Program-made: the position numbers and the translations under genes
Source: Podarcis cretensis
Lineage: Eukaryota
Assembly: GCA_951804945.1 (NCBI GenBank)
Contig: OX638156.1
Span: forward strand, 62,000,001 to 62,064,000
Direction of reading: 5' to 3'
DNA length: 64,000 bases
In this document: positions 12,788 through 25,371 of the stretch, piece after piece
Position numbering within the stretch: the stretch's first letter is position 1
How the letters are laid out: every line of letters starts with the position of its first letter
Notes under the pieces: generated by a model
The model's database searches: none
What the model was told of the DNA's origin: nothing
Seen by the model: only the letters and a program-made list of their open reading frames with translations

Positions 12788-13050
12788 GAAGAAGAGAAGA
12801 GTTTGGATTTGATATCCCACTTTATCACTACCCTAAGGAGTCTCAAAGTGGCTAACAATCTCCTTTCCCTTCGTCCCCCACAACAAACACTCTGTGACGT
12901 GAGTGGGGCTGAGAGACTTCAGAGAGAAGTGTAACTAGCCCAAGGTCACCCAGCAGCTGCATGTGGAGGAGCAGAGACGTGAACCTGGTTTACCAGATTA
13001 CAAATCCATCAGATTAGGAGTCCACTGCTCTTAACCACTACAGCACACTG
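12788..13050 (-). mobile_element. Squam3-like tRNA-CORE SINE, full length
   Basis: Minus strand starts cagtgtgctgtagtggttaagagc (A box), has CORE gctgggtgaccttgggctag, and ends gatatcaaatccaaactcttc with a CTT tail. Confidence 0.8.
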
Positions 13051-13062
13051 ATTAATATTTTA

Positions 13063-13314
13063 CAGTGGAACCTCGGCTCCTGAATGCCTTGGGAGCTGAA
13101 CATTCCAGCTCCCAAACAAATGAAAACTGCAAGAAATTGTTCCTGTTTTTTTAATGTTATTTGGAAGCCGAACACCTGGTGCGGCTTCTGTGGCTTCTAA
13201 TTGACTGCAGGAAGCTGCCACAGCCAATCAGAAGTCGTGCCTTGGTTCCCAAACTGTTTCAGGAATAGAACAGACTCCCAGAATGGGTTAAATTCAGGAA
13301 CCAAGGTTCCACTG
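13063..13314. mobile_element. Tc1/mariner-pogo (Tigger-like) MITE
   Basis: TIRs cagtggaacctcgg / ccaaggttccactg, TA on both sides. Confidence 0.85.
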
Positions 13315-14376
13315 TATTATGCTTTTATATATGTTGGAAGTTGCCCAGAGTGCTGGGGCAACCCATTAAGATGTGTAGGGTATAAATAGTAAAATTGTCA
13401 TTATGGAATGGGACGTCCCTATTTTCATTGGTGAAATGTTTAAGGGTATGAGATGATGGCAGACTCTGCAGAGTGCTTGCAGGCTGTTGGGCTGAAGCTT
13501 GCACACTGCAGACATGGCACACTTGCTCACCTGGAGACTCAAGCCCTCCCCTGTCACCTGGAGGGAGCCAGGCACACCTGTAGATCAGGCAACCCTGTGT
13601 TGATCAAGAGTATCAGTACCTCCAAAATAATGTCCAGTCTGGTTCAGGAACTTGATGGCTGTTTGTGTCTGGAAGCAGAGGGTGACATTTTTCTTTTTAT
13701 TAGCTGTCCTGATGCTGCTTGGCAATGCATGAAATAGCTTATAGCCCTCAAAACACTTTTCATTCCACTTAAAAAAATGCTTTCCCCCTTAAAGCACAGC
13801 CGCGTGCGTCGCCTCCTGAAGTTCTTTGCAAAACCACAAAGGACAGCAGAGGAATATTAAGCTGCGATTTGGACGGTGACTCCAGCCGCCGATCTGAATG
13901 TTTGCATTTTAATTTTTAATAACTCCAGTAATAGTTTTTGTCCTGAGGAGAAGCAACTGGAAGAATTATAAAACCTTGATGACCTCATTACAAATGAGGA
14001 TCAGCTCTTGACTTTTGCTGTAGTTAATAGCGGATCCTTGCAAATGCTGTACTTAAAGTTGAAGGGTGCTGCCTGGCTGACTTTCCTTACAGTTTTGAAA
14101 TAGACTGCACACATTAAGGGACAGAATTTAAAGCAAGAAGCTCGAGGCTATCCCTGTAGCCGGTTGCAGCACCACTGTGGTGCCCCAAGGGTGGGACTTT
14201 GGGGCAGAGGTCCAGAGCCCCACACAGCAGTGGGTCCTCAAATTCAGCACACCACCTGCTTGTGATTCCCATCAACTGGTATTCAGAGAGATGTGGCCCA
14301 GAGTTCCCTAGGAAGTGGGACTGATTGCTAAACTATTCTGAGAATTGTAGGTCTAGGATTGGAATAGGCATCTTCT

Positions 14377-14787
14377 GTGAGCTGGACCATAAAGAAGGCT
14401 GATCGCAGAATAATTGATGCTTTTGAATTATGGTGCTGGAGGAGACTCTTGAGAGTCCCATGGACTGCAAGGAGATCAAACCTATCCATTCTTAAGGAAA
14501 TTAGCCCTCAGAGCTCACTGGAAGGACAGATCCTGAAGCTGAGACTCCAATACTTTGGCCACCTCATGAGAAGAGAAGACTCCCTGGAAAAGACCCTGAT
14601 GTTGGGAAAGATGGAGGGCACAAGGAGAAGGGGACGACAGAGGACGAGATGGTTGGATAGTGTTCTCGAAGCTACCAGCATAAGTATGACAAAACTGTGG
14701 GAGGCAGTGAAAGACAGGAGTGGCTCGTGTGCTCTGGTCTATGGGGTCACAAAGAGTCGGACATGACTAAATGACTAAACAACAACA
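14377..14787 (+). mobile_element. BovB (RTE) LINE 3' fragment
   Basis: Translates to the BovB C-terminus (SWTIKKADRRIIDAFELWCWRRLLRVPWTARRSN...EKTLMLGKMEG); 3' end gagtcggacatgactaaatgactaaacaacaac. Confidence 0.95.
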
Positions 14788-15725
14788 CCAACTCTCAGCA
14801 CCCTTCACAAACTACAGCTCCCCGAATTCTTTGGGGATGGTTTCAGGTAGTATCATAGCACTTTAAATGCATGGTGTGAATGTGGCCTGAGTCACCCTTT
14901 CCATATGTCCTCCAGCCCTTATTGACATTTCATAGGCAAGGGTAGCCAATATGACATTTCTAGAGGTTGATGGACTACAGCTCCCATCCTTCTGAATCCT
15001 TGCAACACTGACTGGGGCTTATGGGAGTTGGAGTCCAGTAATACCTGGAGAATCCCCTGTTGGCTGTCCCAGGGCTCAGGTCTTTCTCAACTTTGCCTGA
15101 GATCCATTTAACTGAAGATACCTGAACTTGATCTGCTAGTGATGAAATATGCGTGCATAAATAGGAGTCAAAGCTGGAGCGTAAGCTATGCTTGTAGCAT
15201 GGCAATCCTTAAAAAAACCTGAGTCATTTTATTATAAAGACACACTAAAGATGACACTTTGATGGTCCTACAGAGTGAATTTTTCCAAATGGAAATCTTG
15301 AAGGAAATTGATTTTTATCTCTTATGTCCCTTCCCAATCTGCCAGAAAGATTCTGAATACACAGAATAGCTCCAAACGAAAGTCTCTGCAGGGACATTTT
15401 TCAGTAATATTATGAAGTATTGATTATTCCTGCATGTGTTTGCCAAGATAGGTATTTTTATACTGGCACACACTAGTAGCAGCTACTAAATTGTGCTTGA
15501 TGCCAAAAAGTTGTGGGTTGTTGTTTTTTTCAAAAAAGAGTAACCTGAAGGTTTTCATAATTCAGCACTGTTCGATTCCAGATCAATGTGATGCTTTTGC
15601 ACATTGCAAAATCCCTCTAGATGTCAACAAAAGAGACTCAGAGCTAAGGACTGCTATCTTTCATTTAATTGGAATCCAATTTTAAAATTACAAAGCAATT
15701 CAGTCAACTACATCAGCGGGAAAAG

Positions 15726-15950
15726 NNNNNNNNNNNNNNNNNNNNNNNNNNNNNNNNNNNNNNNNNNNNNNNNNNNNNNNNNNNNNNNNNNNNNNNNNNN
15801 NNNNNNNNNNNNNNNNNNNNNNNNNNNNNNNNNNNNNNNNNNNNNNNNNNNNNNNNNNNNNNNNNNNNNNNNNNNNNNNNNNNNNNNNNNNNNNNNNNNN
15901 NNNNNNNNNNNNNNNNNNNNNNNNNNNNNNNNNNNNNNNNNNNNNNNNNN
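15726..15950. other. Assembly gap
   Basis: Run of N. Confidence 1.
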
Positions 15951-16412
15951 TGTGTGCGAAAACTTATGTGTGGATATAATTAGTTGCAATATTTATTGAA
16001 AGTCAATTGTATTTAGCCAAAATAAGGCTTAGAAGAGGCAAATTGAGCATTGCTTCCAATAAAAAATAAACATTTGGGGTGGTCTGATGGATGCACAAGG
16101 GACTTGTTCTTCATAGATTCTGGGATGAACTGGTCTGATCTGCACCTCCCAGACCAATGTGCAGATTTAAACTCCTTCAGATTTTGCACCTCTTTGAATT
16201 TTGCAATAGGTTTTCCACTCAAAAAAGTACCAGAATGCACATAAAAATGAGTTTATTACAGAATGAAACATGTTTCAAATTATGAGAGTAAACACATTTA
16301 GAATTGACTCTTTTGTGGGGGAAATACACCCGAAAATGAAATGCGAATTGAAATATGAATTTTCATGCAGTTGTTTTTGTTTTTTTAAAAAAAGCTATAC
16401 TAATAATGAATG

Positions 16413-16630
16413 GGCCACCTCATGAGAAGAGAAGACTCCCTGGAAAAGACCCTGATGTTGGGAAAGATTGAGGGCACAAGGAGAAGCAGACAACAGAGGA
16501 CGAGGTGGTTGGACAGTGTTCTTGAAGCTACTAACATGAGTTTGACGAAACTGCGGGAGGCAGTGGAAGATGTGCTCTGGTCCATGGGGTCACGAAGAGT
16601 CGGACATGACTAAATGACTAAACAACAACA
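16413..16630 (+). mobile_element. BovB LINE short 3' fragment
   Basis: GHLMRREDSLEKTLMLGK, (CAA)n tail, 13-bp TSD aataatgaatggg at 16402-16414 and 16631-16643. Confidence 0.95.
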
Positions 16631-18054
16631 AATAATGAATGGGGGAATGAATGAATGCATGCAAAATTGGAATGGATGGGAAATAAGGCTGATCTGTCCT
16701 TTTTTTGATGGTGGAAACCTCACCAATCCCACTTATCCGCATTTCCCGATATTGTTTTGGCCTCGCCTTGGGTGGGGTGTGTGTGGCATTGCGGTGTCTC
16801 CTGCAGCACTACTGAGACTAGTGAGTTGCTGCTGCTTCTGATCTCTTGCTCCTTTTTTAAACCCAGGTCTGCAGAAATGATAAGGAAGTGCTTTCCCCTT
16901 CACCACCCTCTCTTATCTTTTAATTAAATCGGAGAGCAATATGCATGTTACATGCTCGCCAGCCACAGTTTCTACCACTGCGGAAGGTACACAGAGGGCA
17001 GTTGGGAAGATAGAGACAGGCCAGAATATGCTAGCAGAGATAAGCCTAATGTTATGGAAGCTGAACCTTTGGCCCCCATTCTTCCTCTTTTTTTAAAAAA
17101 AGATCCACATCTTGGCCCACTGAAACAAACGAGATGGCGGGGGCATCTGTAGTTGTATTTGCTCCATTTTCCAAGCTACAAACAGCCAAGGGATATATAT
17201 ATTTTAGAAGACTTCCCTTTTGCAGCCCAAAATATTCTATCCCATTGTGTTTCTGGATGAGTCCCTATTGTGGGAACACCTCCTCTGATGCTGGTTTGAT
17301 GTCTGTTTTAATTTTGAGTTGAAATGCATCTTTTAGAATCAGATCTATTTGGTGAGCGGCCCGAGGCTTAAAAAACATTGAAATCAATCGATAAACAAAC
17401 TCAGGTTGTGTCCACACTATTCCTTCAAAGCCCGTTCAAAGAATTCTAGGCACTGTAGTTTGTTAAGGGTTTCTGGGAATTGTAATTCTGTGAGGGGAAA
17501 AGTACAGTGCCTGTAATATTTTGAGGGAAAGAATGTGCTCTAAATGTACTTTAAAGGTATAATGAGTGTGCAGCTTCAATTTTAAACTGTCTCCAGGTTA
17601 AACAGATAAGCTAATAGCAAGGAAGGGTCATAGCTCACATGCAAAAGGTCTGAGGTCAATTTCTCAATAGCTCTTCACTTTAAGCTGAGAAAGATTTATG
17701 ACTGAAGCTTGTCAGTATAGGCCAAGGAGGTGGGAATCTTGGTATCTTCCAGATGTTGTTGGAGTCTCCCATCAGCCCTAGCCAGCATGGCCAATGGTCA
17801 GTGGTTAAACACTGAGACCTTTAGTGTGTCATACAGCCCCCCTCCATCCTGTGCTTTCCAGGTGTTGTGGACTACAGCACCCATCATCCCTGACCACAGA
17901 CGAAGCTCACTGGGGCTGATGGGAGTTGCAGCCCAAAAACATCTGGGGGGCACTAAGTTGGATGAAAACTGGTGCAAAACATTTCACTTGTAAAGCAAGC
18001 CTCACTGGGCATGTGAGCAGGCTCATCCCTGGAAGAGCTGTATGCACCATTAGA

Positions 18055-18383
18055 TAAATGGCCTCAGTCCAGTATACCTGAAGGAGTGTCTCGACCCCCA
18101 TCATTCTGCCCGGACACTGAGATCCAGCGTCAAGGGCCTTCTGGCAGTTCCCTCACTGCAAGAAGCAAAGTTACAGGGAACCAGGCTGTAGTGGCGCCCG
18201 TCCTGTGGAAGGCCCTCCCACCAGATGTCAAAAGAAAAAAACAACTACCAGACTTTTAGAAGATATCTGAAGGCAACCCTGTTTAGGAAAGCTTTTAATA
18301 TCTGGACTATTGTGTTTTAATATTTTGTTGGAAGCTACCCAGAGTGGCTGGGGAAACCCAGCCAAATGGGTGGGATATAAATA

Positions 18384-18430
<47 letters not shown>
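18055..18430 (+). mobile_element. L2 LINE 3' end with (ATT)n tail
   Basis: tacctgaaggag...cccagagtggctggggaaacccagcc...gggatataaataa followed by about 15 ATT units. Confidence 0.85.
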
Positions 18431-18432
<2 letters not shown>

Positions 18433-20059
18433 CCCCATGAAAGCAAAGGCATTCTTGCTATTGCAATATTGCTTGGGGCCAGGTTACCTGAAATATCTTC
18501 TCTCCCTATATGAACCTGCCCCGGTGGTAAGATCCTTGGGGGAGCACCTTCTTCTAGTCCATCAACATCAGAGATATGGGGTGGATCTACACAAAGGGGG
18601 GAAACGCTATAAATAAGTCAGAAATTAAATCGTTAAAACAAAAAACAAAACAAAACCGCTATGTAAAATCACAAAGATTTTTTTTGTTGCTCTCCAGAGC
18701 CATCTGTTGTTGCATGTTTTTTTACTAATGCAGGTTAATTGGGAGAGGGGAGCAGAGGAGTCCATGGTTGGTGGTGACACAAGAGAGAGCCTTTTCTGTG
18801 GCTTCTCCCATATTGTGGAATTCCCTCCCAAGAGAGGTTAGACTGGCTGCCTCTTTGCTATCCTTCCGAGCAGCAAGCATCATCAGACAGGTCTTTGAAA
18901 ACTAAGGTGCAGGCCATGCTGATCACTGGGCTGCTGCGTTTTATTTGCTGGTTCTAAATGTGTTTTGGAGTATTTCAGCTACTGTTTTTAACCAGTTTGT
19001 TTTATTATTTTGTATTTTGGAATGTTGTTTTCAAATGTTGCAAACCACCTTGATTCCTAACTTGGTAGAAAGGCAGGCTATAAATACATTTACATAATAA
19101 TATTAATAATGTTCCATAGCTCTGAAGGTTTGTTAGGGGGAAGTGCATAATATAATTCCTCTCCCCTCCCCTCCTGCCACCTTTATAATTCTATAGACAG
19201 ACTCTTCCCTTGTAGTTAATCACTCCGAAAGAAACACGAAGAAAATCCAGATACAGACCGATAGCATGAAGGATTAGAACCGAAGGTCTTTTCAAGATTA
19301 GAAGTTCCACGGACCATAATTATGTTTCTGATTTCAGCAGATAACCACCTTGGCAAGTAGAACAATCCTTGTAATGCAGTGCTGAAAATCTGAAGCATTT
19401 CAGTCCCACAAAAATTCCGCTTGCTCCCAATGAAAGGAGTGGAATTGTATTAATGGAAAACGCTGTCTTCCTTACTTAAAACTGATATTTAATTCATTAT
19501 TTTTCTCAATTTCCTGTCAAATTCCGATTCATCTTCAAAGCATTGACTCGACGCACTTATTATCATGTAGAAAAATGTTAAGGGAGGTAAATTAATTTAT
19601 CCATTGTGGTTTCATTGAGAGGAGCAGCTGTAAAGAGTAATTGATTATAAACAGATTCTGTTGGGGTGAGTGGTTTGAAAATAGATTTAAAAAATGATCA
19701 AGTGGCACATTTTCAATAGTCTCCCATCCAGTAATGAGAAGCAGCACTAACAAAAACAAAGAAGGTGAATTTAAACCAGTGGTAGCCCCAAGTGATGTCA
19801 TGGGATGGGCCCTGGAGATGGAGGTTAATTGGGAGAGAGGAGCAGAGGAGTCTTTGCTATAATTCACAGCCCTTTCCTGCCAGACTGAAGATTGCAAACT
19901 GCATGTACAGCCTTCTTCATATCTATAACTTTTTAAACTATTGGGGGCGTTGGTTTTATTTGTTGCTATGATATGTATTTTTGTATTTTTATGTTGTGAA
20001 CTGCTTTGTGATCCTCAGATGTAAGGTAGTCTAGAAATTAAATAAATAATAATAATTCA

Positions 20060-20950
20060 AGTTACAAGAAAGGATACTCTGACTAGACGTTTGGAAGAAC
20101 CTTCTGAGGATAAGAGTTGTTTGACAGCGGATTCTGGATTCCCGGATTCTGCCAGTCATCTCAGCCAGTTCCATGTATTCCATCACCTTCATCTGCCATT
20201 CTTCCCGAGTGGGTAGATCTTGTGTTTTCCAATACTTTGCAATGAGTATTCTTGCTGCTGTTGTGGCATACATAAAAAAAGTTCTATCCTCCTTTTGCAC
20301 CAATTGGCCGACCATACCCAGGAGAATCCGGGACCAAGGAGAAGAGTCGGTGGAAGAAGATTGGAAAAAATTTAAAGTTTATCTTCAAAAATATTGTAAA
20401 ATTAAGGATTATTAGAAAGATGTTGGAAAAAGAAAATTATGTGGTTCTGGCAGAAATGACATAAATGACATAAAGGTTTAAGTAAAAATGAATTGGTGAA
20501 AGAGAGAACGTAAAATTATAGCCTATTAAGACAAATTATTAAGATAAAAACAAGGTTGGAAGGATTTGCTGAAATAACAATTCGAATTAGAATACAAAAA
20601 TGGGAGGTGTGAGGAGGTCAAGGAAATAAGTAAAGGAAAGAAAGCTATGTAAAGGTTTGATTTATTTATATATATTTTTAATTGATTGTATTATTTCTGT
20701 CTTTTTATTTTTCTTTTTTCTCTTTTTTCTTTTTGTAACCTTTAAAATTTGAATAAATATTACCTATTAAAAAAAAAAGAGTTGTTTGACAGCGGAACTC
20801 CCTCAGAATGTGGTGGACTCTCCTTCATTGGAGGTTTTTAAGCAGAGGTTGGCTGGGCATCTGTCAGGGATTCCTTAGCTGTGACCCCTGCATTGCAGTG
20901 GGTTAGACTAGGTGAACTTTGGGTTCCCTTCCAACTCTACAATTCTACGG
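20060..20950 (+). mobile_element. CR1 LINE 3' end interrupted by an L1 insertion
   Basis: ttacaagaaagg...gactagacgtttggaagaac | ggactctccttcattggaggtttttaagcagagg...cccttccaactctacaattcta. Confidence 0.8.
20132..20776 (+). mobile_element. 5'-inverted, truncated L1 (twin-priming product)
   Basis: About 20141-20317 encodes L1 ORF2 on the minus strand (VGQLVQKEDRTFFMYATTAAR...MTGRIR). The sequence from about 20323 continues it on the plus strand (RIRDQGEESVEEDWKKFK). AATAAA and polyA follow. Perfect 20-bp TSD at 20112-20131 and 20777-20796. Confidence 0.92.
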
Positions 20951-21558
20951 AATGCCTACACCTGAAACAATTGACCACTGCCTCCAGCTGTAGCCCCAGA
21001 CCTCAGGAGGGCACTAGATTGGGGAATAACTTGTTAAAATGCAGCACCTTGACTTTGAGGAAGAGCCGAGGTAGACCCAATGTCATTGCACGTTTGTAAG
21101 ATTCGACTTTCCACACAGAAGGAGCTTGACAGCTAGACGGGGTGAAAAGAATAACATTAACGTACAGAGTGGAGAAAGAGTGAGCTGGAGGAGGTGGAGT
21201 GTGGTTTTCAGTGGGAGGATTTCATAACGGCATCCCAATATGAATTCAAAGTGTGGCTCCACGCAGTGGGGGCGAAGGTCTCCTGCTGAGCATTTTATGG
21301 AAGAGAAGTAAGGAACAAACATCTGTCACTTATCTAATTAGCAGCTGGATGTAGCTGTCATGTCTGAGATGTACGACTGGAGTGTTCTTTTTTTATTGGG
21401 ATGAGGAATGTGAGCGTACATCGAAAAGAGCAGTTTGATCAGAAAGGGGCTCACAAAAATGTGTCACTTTCTCCTGGAAACATCTGCACTGTAAGTAAAG
21501 GCAGCATATATTACAGTGTAACGAGCTGAGGATGAATATGCAAGAAACCCAAAAACTG

Positions 21559-22110
21559 CGTCAGGAAGGAAACTAAACATCTCTGGAATATTTTCAGGGC
21601 ACTCGGTGGTCCAACGGGGAAGCCGTTGGGGTGAGCCGAGCCTCAGAACAGAGGGAGAAAGAGGAAGGGAGGGAGGGGGAGAGAGAGAGAGAAGAAAGGA
21701 GGGGGAGAGAGGTGCAAATCTACCCCAGGACCTCCACAATTGCCACAATGAACTGCTGGATCTGTGTACAGCTGCCCCTTGTGGTGAACCTTCAAACTAC
21801 AGGTGTCAGCTCCTCAGGCCCTGGACTCTCTCTACCCGCCCAGGCTGGCCATTGGATCCTATGGACAGGAAGGACTGTAAGAGGACTTCCTGTTCCCGTT
21901 AAGCCTGGCTTGAGTAGCAAGGTCTCAATGAGCACCTTTGTGACTTTCTACATCCTTAGATGGTCTTCATTGCTGACTCCTGGTTTGGCCCTTGATTCTG
22001 ATTTACTTATCAGTCCTGGACACTGGCCTGAGAACATAAGCAGATGCCCCATGGCTCCTGGTTCCAGGCATCTTCCTTACCTCAGACTACTGTCTATTAT
22101 ATAGCCCTGA
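21559..22110. mobile_element. Possible degenerate solo LTR
   Basis: Begins (c)gtcagg and ends ccctgaca, resembling the termini of the LTR at 50584-51019. No TSD identified. Confidence 0.3.
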
Positions 22111-22438
22111 CAAAGGCCAATGCTCTACCCACTACACTACACTACACTACACCTCCTCTAATGGCAGCTTTTCCTGGCAGCATGTGTCTGGCAATTGATC
22201 CATTTATAATTTTAAAAAGGAGGGTGTGTATGAGTGTTCCTGGGGATGGGCAATTCAGTCAAATTAAGTTTCTATCCATTTTTTGTTTTTTCCAGTTCAC
22301 CTTGCAGCTATTAGGGAATCCATTTCCCTGCATGCCTCCAAATAAATGTATCTTTGTCCAAATTTTTGCCTAGTATAAGCATTTTGCAAGTAATTCCCCC
22401 CAATAGAATACATTTTGTATGTTATTTTCACCAATATA

Positions 22439-22795
22439 AGGTAAAGGTACCCCTGCCCGTACGGGCCAGTCTTGACAGACTCTAGGGTTGTGTGCCCATC
22501 TCACTTAAGAGGCCGGGGGCCAGCGCTGCCCGGAGACACTTCCGGGTCACGTGGCCAGCGTGACAAAGCTGCATCTGGCGAGCCAGCGCAACACACGGAA
22601 ACGCCGTTTACCTTCCCGCCAGTAAGCAGTCCCTATTTATCTACTTGCACCCGGAGGTGCTTTCGAACTGCTAGGTTGGCAGGCGCTGGGACCGAGCAAC
22701 GGGAGTGCACCCCGCCGCAGGGATTCAAACTGCCGACCTTTCAATCGGCAAGCCCTAGGCACTGAGGCTTTTACCCACAGCGCCACCCACGTCCC
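22439..22795 (-). mobile_element. Sauria SINE, full length and young
   Basis: Minus strand reads gggacgtgggtggcgctgtgggtaaaa...cctgccaacctagcagttcgaaagcac...tacctttacct. CpG-rich. 13-bp TSD tttcaccaatata at 22426-22438 and 22805-22817. Confidence 0.93.
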
Positions 22796-24229
22796 GGCAA
22801 TATATTTCACCAATATACTGTCTTATTAGTCTATGCTTTCTTTAGCTGGAGAACTGTGCCAAAGAAAATGCCAATTTAGAAAGTCACATAGAAATGCAAA
22901 CTGTAAGCTTCACCCATGCCCTAATTTCCACACACATTTTTCACTGGAAACCTTTAATATTGCCCTTAATTCATAAGGCTTCTTTTCCCCAGGCTGCCAA
23001 AACTAGGGAAGGCACAGAATGTACACTAACATCCCGTTCTGCTCCCATTTACTCTTACAACAAACCTGCAAAGTAGGCTAGCTATGACATAACCTTTTGC
23101 CAAGGTCACCCCATTGGTATTTCAACTTGAGATTCTCATGTCTTAAGCCTGATATTTTACTTTCTGCACTGCACTACCCCATAGCCTCTATTTAAATTAA
23201 AACTTGCATACTCCCTATATGTTTTCCACATGCATTAATGGTTTTCACTGTTTGACAGGTTCTCTGCTGCACACATGAAACTGGAAATTATTTTGCTGCA
23301 GATTTCTTAGATATGAGAAGCCGCCATACTTCCCCTTCTAAAATATTTTTTTAAAAAACCAGACTTGGATGCAAGTAAAGAATCTCGCAGCTGGTAGAAG
23401 TAATGATTAGAGACAATTATAGCTTGATTGACCTGTCTTGGAAGCTAAATTGATCAGGGACACTTAAAATGCCTAAAAGAATCCCCCCTGTCCTAAATGT
23501 GTGGGATTTGCTGATGTGCATGTATTTGATTTGGGAGGTCGGTTTGTCGATTGGTCTGCATGTGCCAATTTTCATCTGGATGAAATGTTTAGTACAGGGG
23601 GTGGCTGGGTGGAATTGCCCAAATTAATCCTTTTAGTGATAACTAAATTATGTGCTACATCCAACTAAATCCCAATTAAGGGAAGAAGGAAAGAGGAAAT
23701 AAGAAAAGATGGATTTACAGTTGTGCCTTCCAAACATGTGGCACAAATAAACAAAAGGATTTAGCACGGGCTGGTTGAACAGTGCTGCATTGTTTTTTTC
23801 AGGAAATTCTTTTAGGTGCTTGGACAACCGATTCAATAAGGTTGTTCATCACCTGATTCTCCATCGTGTGATTTTCACCACTGAATATGTGGATGCCCTG
23901 AATATGTGGATGCCCTATCATTATAAAGTACTGTGCTCAAGAATGTAAGAAAGCAGAGAGGGAGAAGAAGGGAATCATGTCAACTGGTCCTTCTCCTGAC
24001 TGACAGTGGACACAGATCTTTCTCCTATTTTTGCTATCCCCCTCACACAGGGGAATTTGTTCATTGTCATTTCTTAATCTTCTCTGCCTTTCTTGAACCA
24101 CTGCTGAGGCTTTATGAAGCAGTGCAGTCACTATTGAACTCCAAAGAGGGTACAGGTGAGGTGAGATTGCTTTGCTAGCCTGGAGCTGCTGCGGACCCAT
24201 GCTAAAATTTGTAACCCCATGTCTCATCA

Positions 24230-24551
24230 ACAGCTGCCAGGTAAGGAGTATCTCTGCCCCTGATATTTCAGTGCCCAAACCTAAGGCCAGGGATGGCCTC
24301 TGGTGATGTTATAGTGACAATGTCACATGGGCAGACCCCAGAGATGGAGGTTCATTGGGAGGGAAGAAATGGGTCTATGCAATAATTTGCAGCCAGCTCC
24401 ATTAAGTAAGCTTAATATTTTGTGTTTTGTTTTGTTTTGAAAGTAAAAGACTCTCCCCTACACCTGAATATTCAAGCCCTCCAACTGCCACCTGGAGGGG
24501 ATCAGGCAAACCTGGAGACTTCAGGTCAGACATGAAGATCTGGCAATCTTA
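24230..24551. mobile_element. Second copy of the old AGGGTTGCCA-terminus family
   Basis: atttcagtgcccaaaccta, gagatggaggttcattgggag and terminal agatctggcaatct match 12435-13596. Confidence 0.55.
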
Positions 24552-25371
24552 GTGACAGCAGTGAAGCCAACTCAGGACCCAATAGTCCCCAGCCCAGCTC
24601 ATTCCCTTCTTGGTCCTAGAATGCCCCATTTATGGGCTTTTGTGCTGGCTCCAAGCAGTTGATCTCTTGTGGACCCATACATGCAGGGGATGGCAAGAGG
24701 ATGCCTTAACCAAGAGAGCTGGGCGAAGGAACCCCTTGCTCATTCTACCATCAGCTTTTGGGTTGCTCTATCCATTGCCTACTGGATTTCATATCCCCCT
24801 CCCCAAATGTTGTGACACTGTTCATGGCAATTTAAATGTATCAAACATTATGTAAATACATACTGGGCGGGGAGGGAATACACACTAAAATATATTAAAA
24901 TACATATTTAAATGTGTACTTTGATGATAGTGAACACACACATACAATGAAATAATTTTTGTTATAATGACTTCTAAAAATTGCTGAAAGCAAGCACGAA
25001 AAGGACAATCTCTCTGTTCTATGCCATGAAAGAATGTCTCCCCCAAGACAATACCTTCCATGACACAAAGCAAAGGATGCTTCCTTCTTCAGAATTGTTT
25101 CCTTATATTCAAATTTCTGCAAATTTGAATAATCAGTCAATTTGATCATTTGAGTAATATGTCCCCTAAATATATTATTTTTATAAGTGACTCATATAGT
25201 GATTGAACTGAATAGTAGATTTTCTGAAACTCATATACTTAATCAAATAAGGTTTCTTGAATTTGTGATAGCACTAAAGTGTTTGACTCAGGAAGCCCTG
25301 GAGCAAAGAAGCAAACCTATTCAGGTCAGCGCCATTATGATTTGGGCATTATTTTTTGGAAGTGCAGGGGA

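Larger units (their letters stand above)
12590..13450. mobile_element. hAT-like MITE with CATACCCTCCAA-type TIR, split by two younger inserts
   Basis: Left cagaccatccaagtgtccctatttt, right gtccctattttcattggtgaaatgtttaagggtatg, with internal gtccc repeats. Confidence 0.6.
12435..13596. mobile_element. Old non-autonomous DNA element with AGGGTTGCCA-type termini, hosting nested insertions
   Basis: Left end aagtgttgcca, right end aggcaaccct. Internal gatttcagggcccaaacctgagacctag and ggaggttaattgggagag recur at 12110, 18730, 19800 and 24230-24551. Confidence 0.55.

Noticed and set aside
12990-13050. tRNA gene (also the heads at 7100-7160, 27186 and 44752)
   Set aside because: A/B boxes continue into SINE bodies and no full cloverleaf forms.
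14377-14766. 129-aa ORF as a host gene
   Set aside because: BovB reverse-transcriptase C-terminus, present three times in the window.
19216-19352. Candidate exon after the acceptor tcttcccttgtag
   Set aside because: Early stops in all frames, no canonical donor, no recognisable protein.
21212-21307. Candidate coding exon (ttttcag ... gtaagg)
   Set aside because: Stop codons in all three frames. A non-coding exon cannot be excluded.
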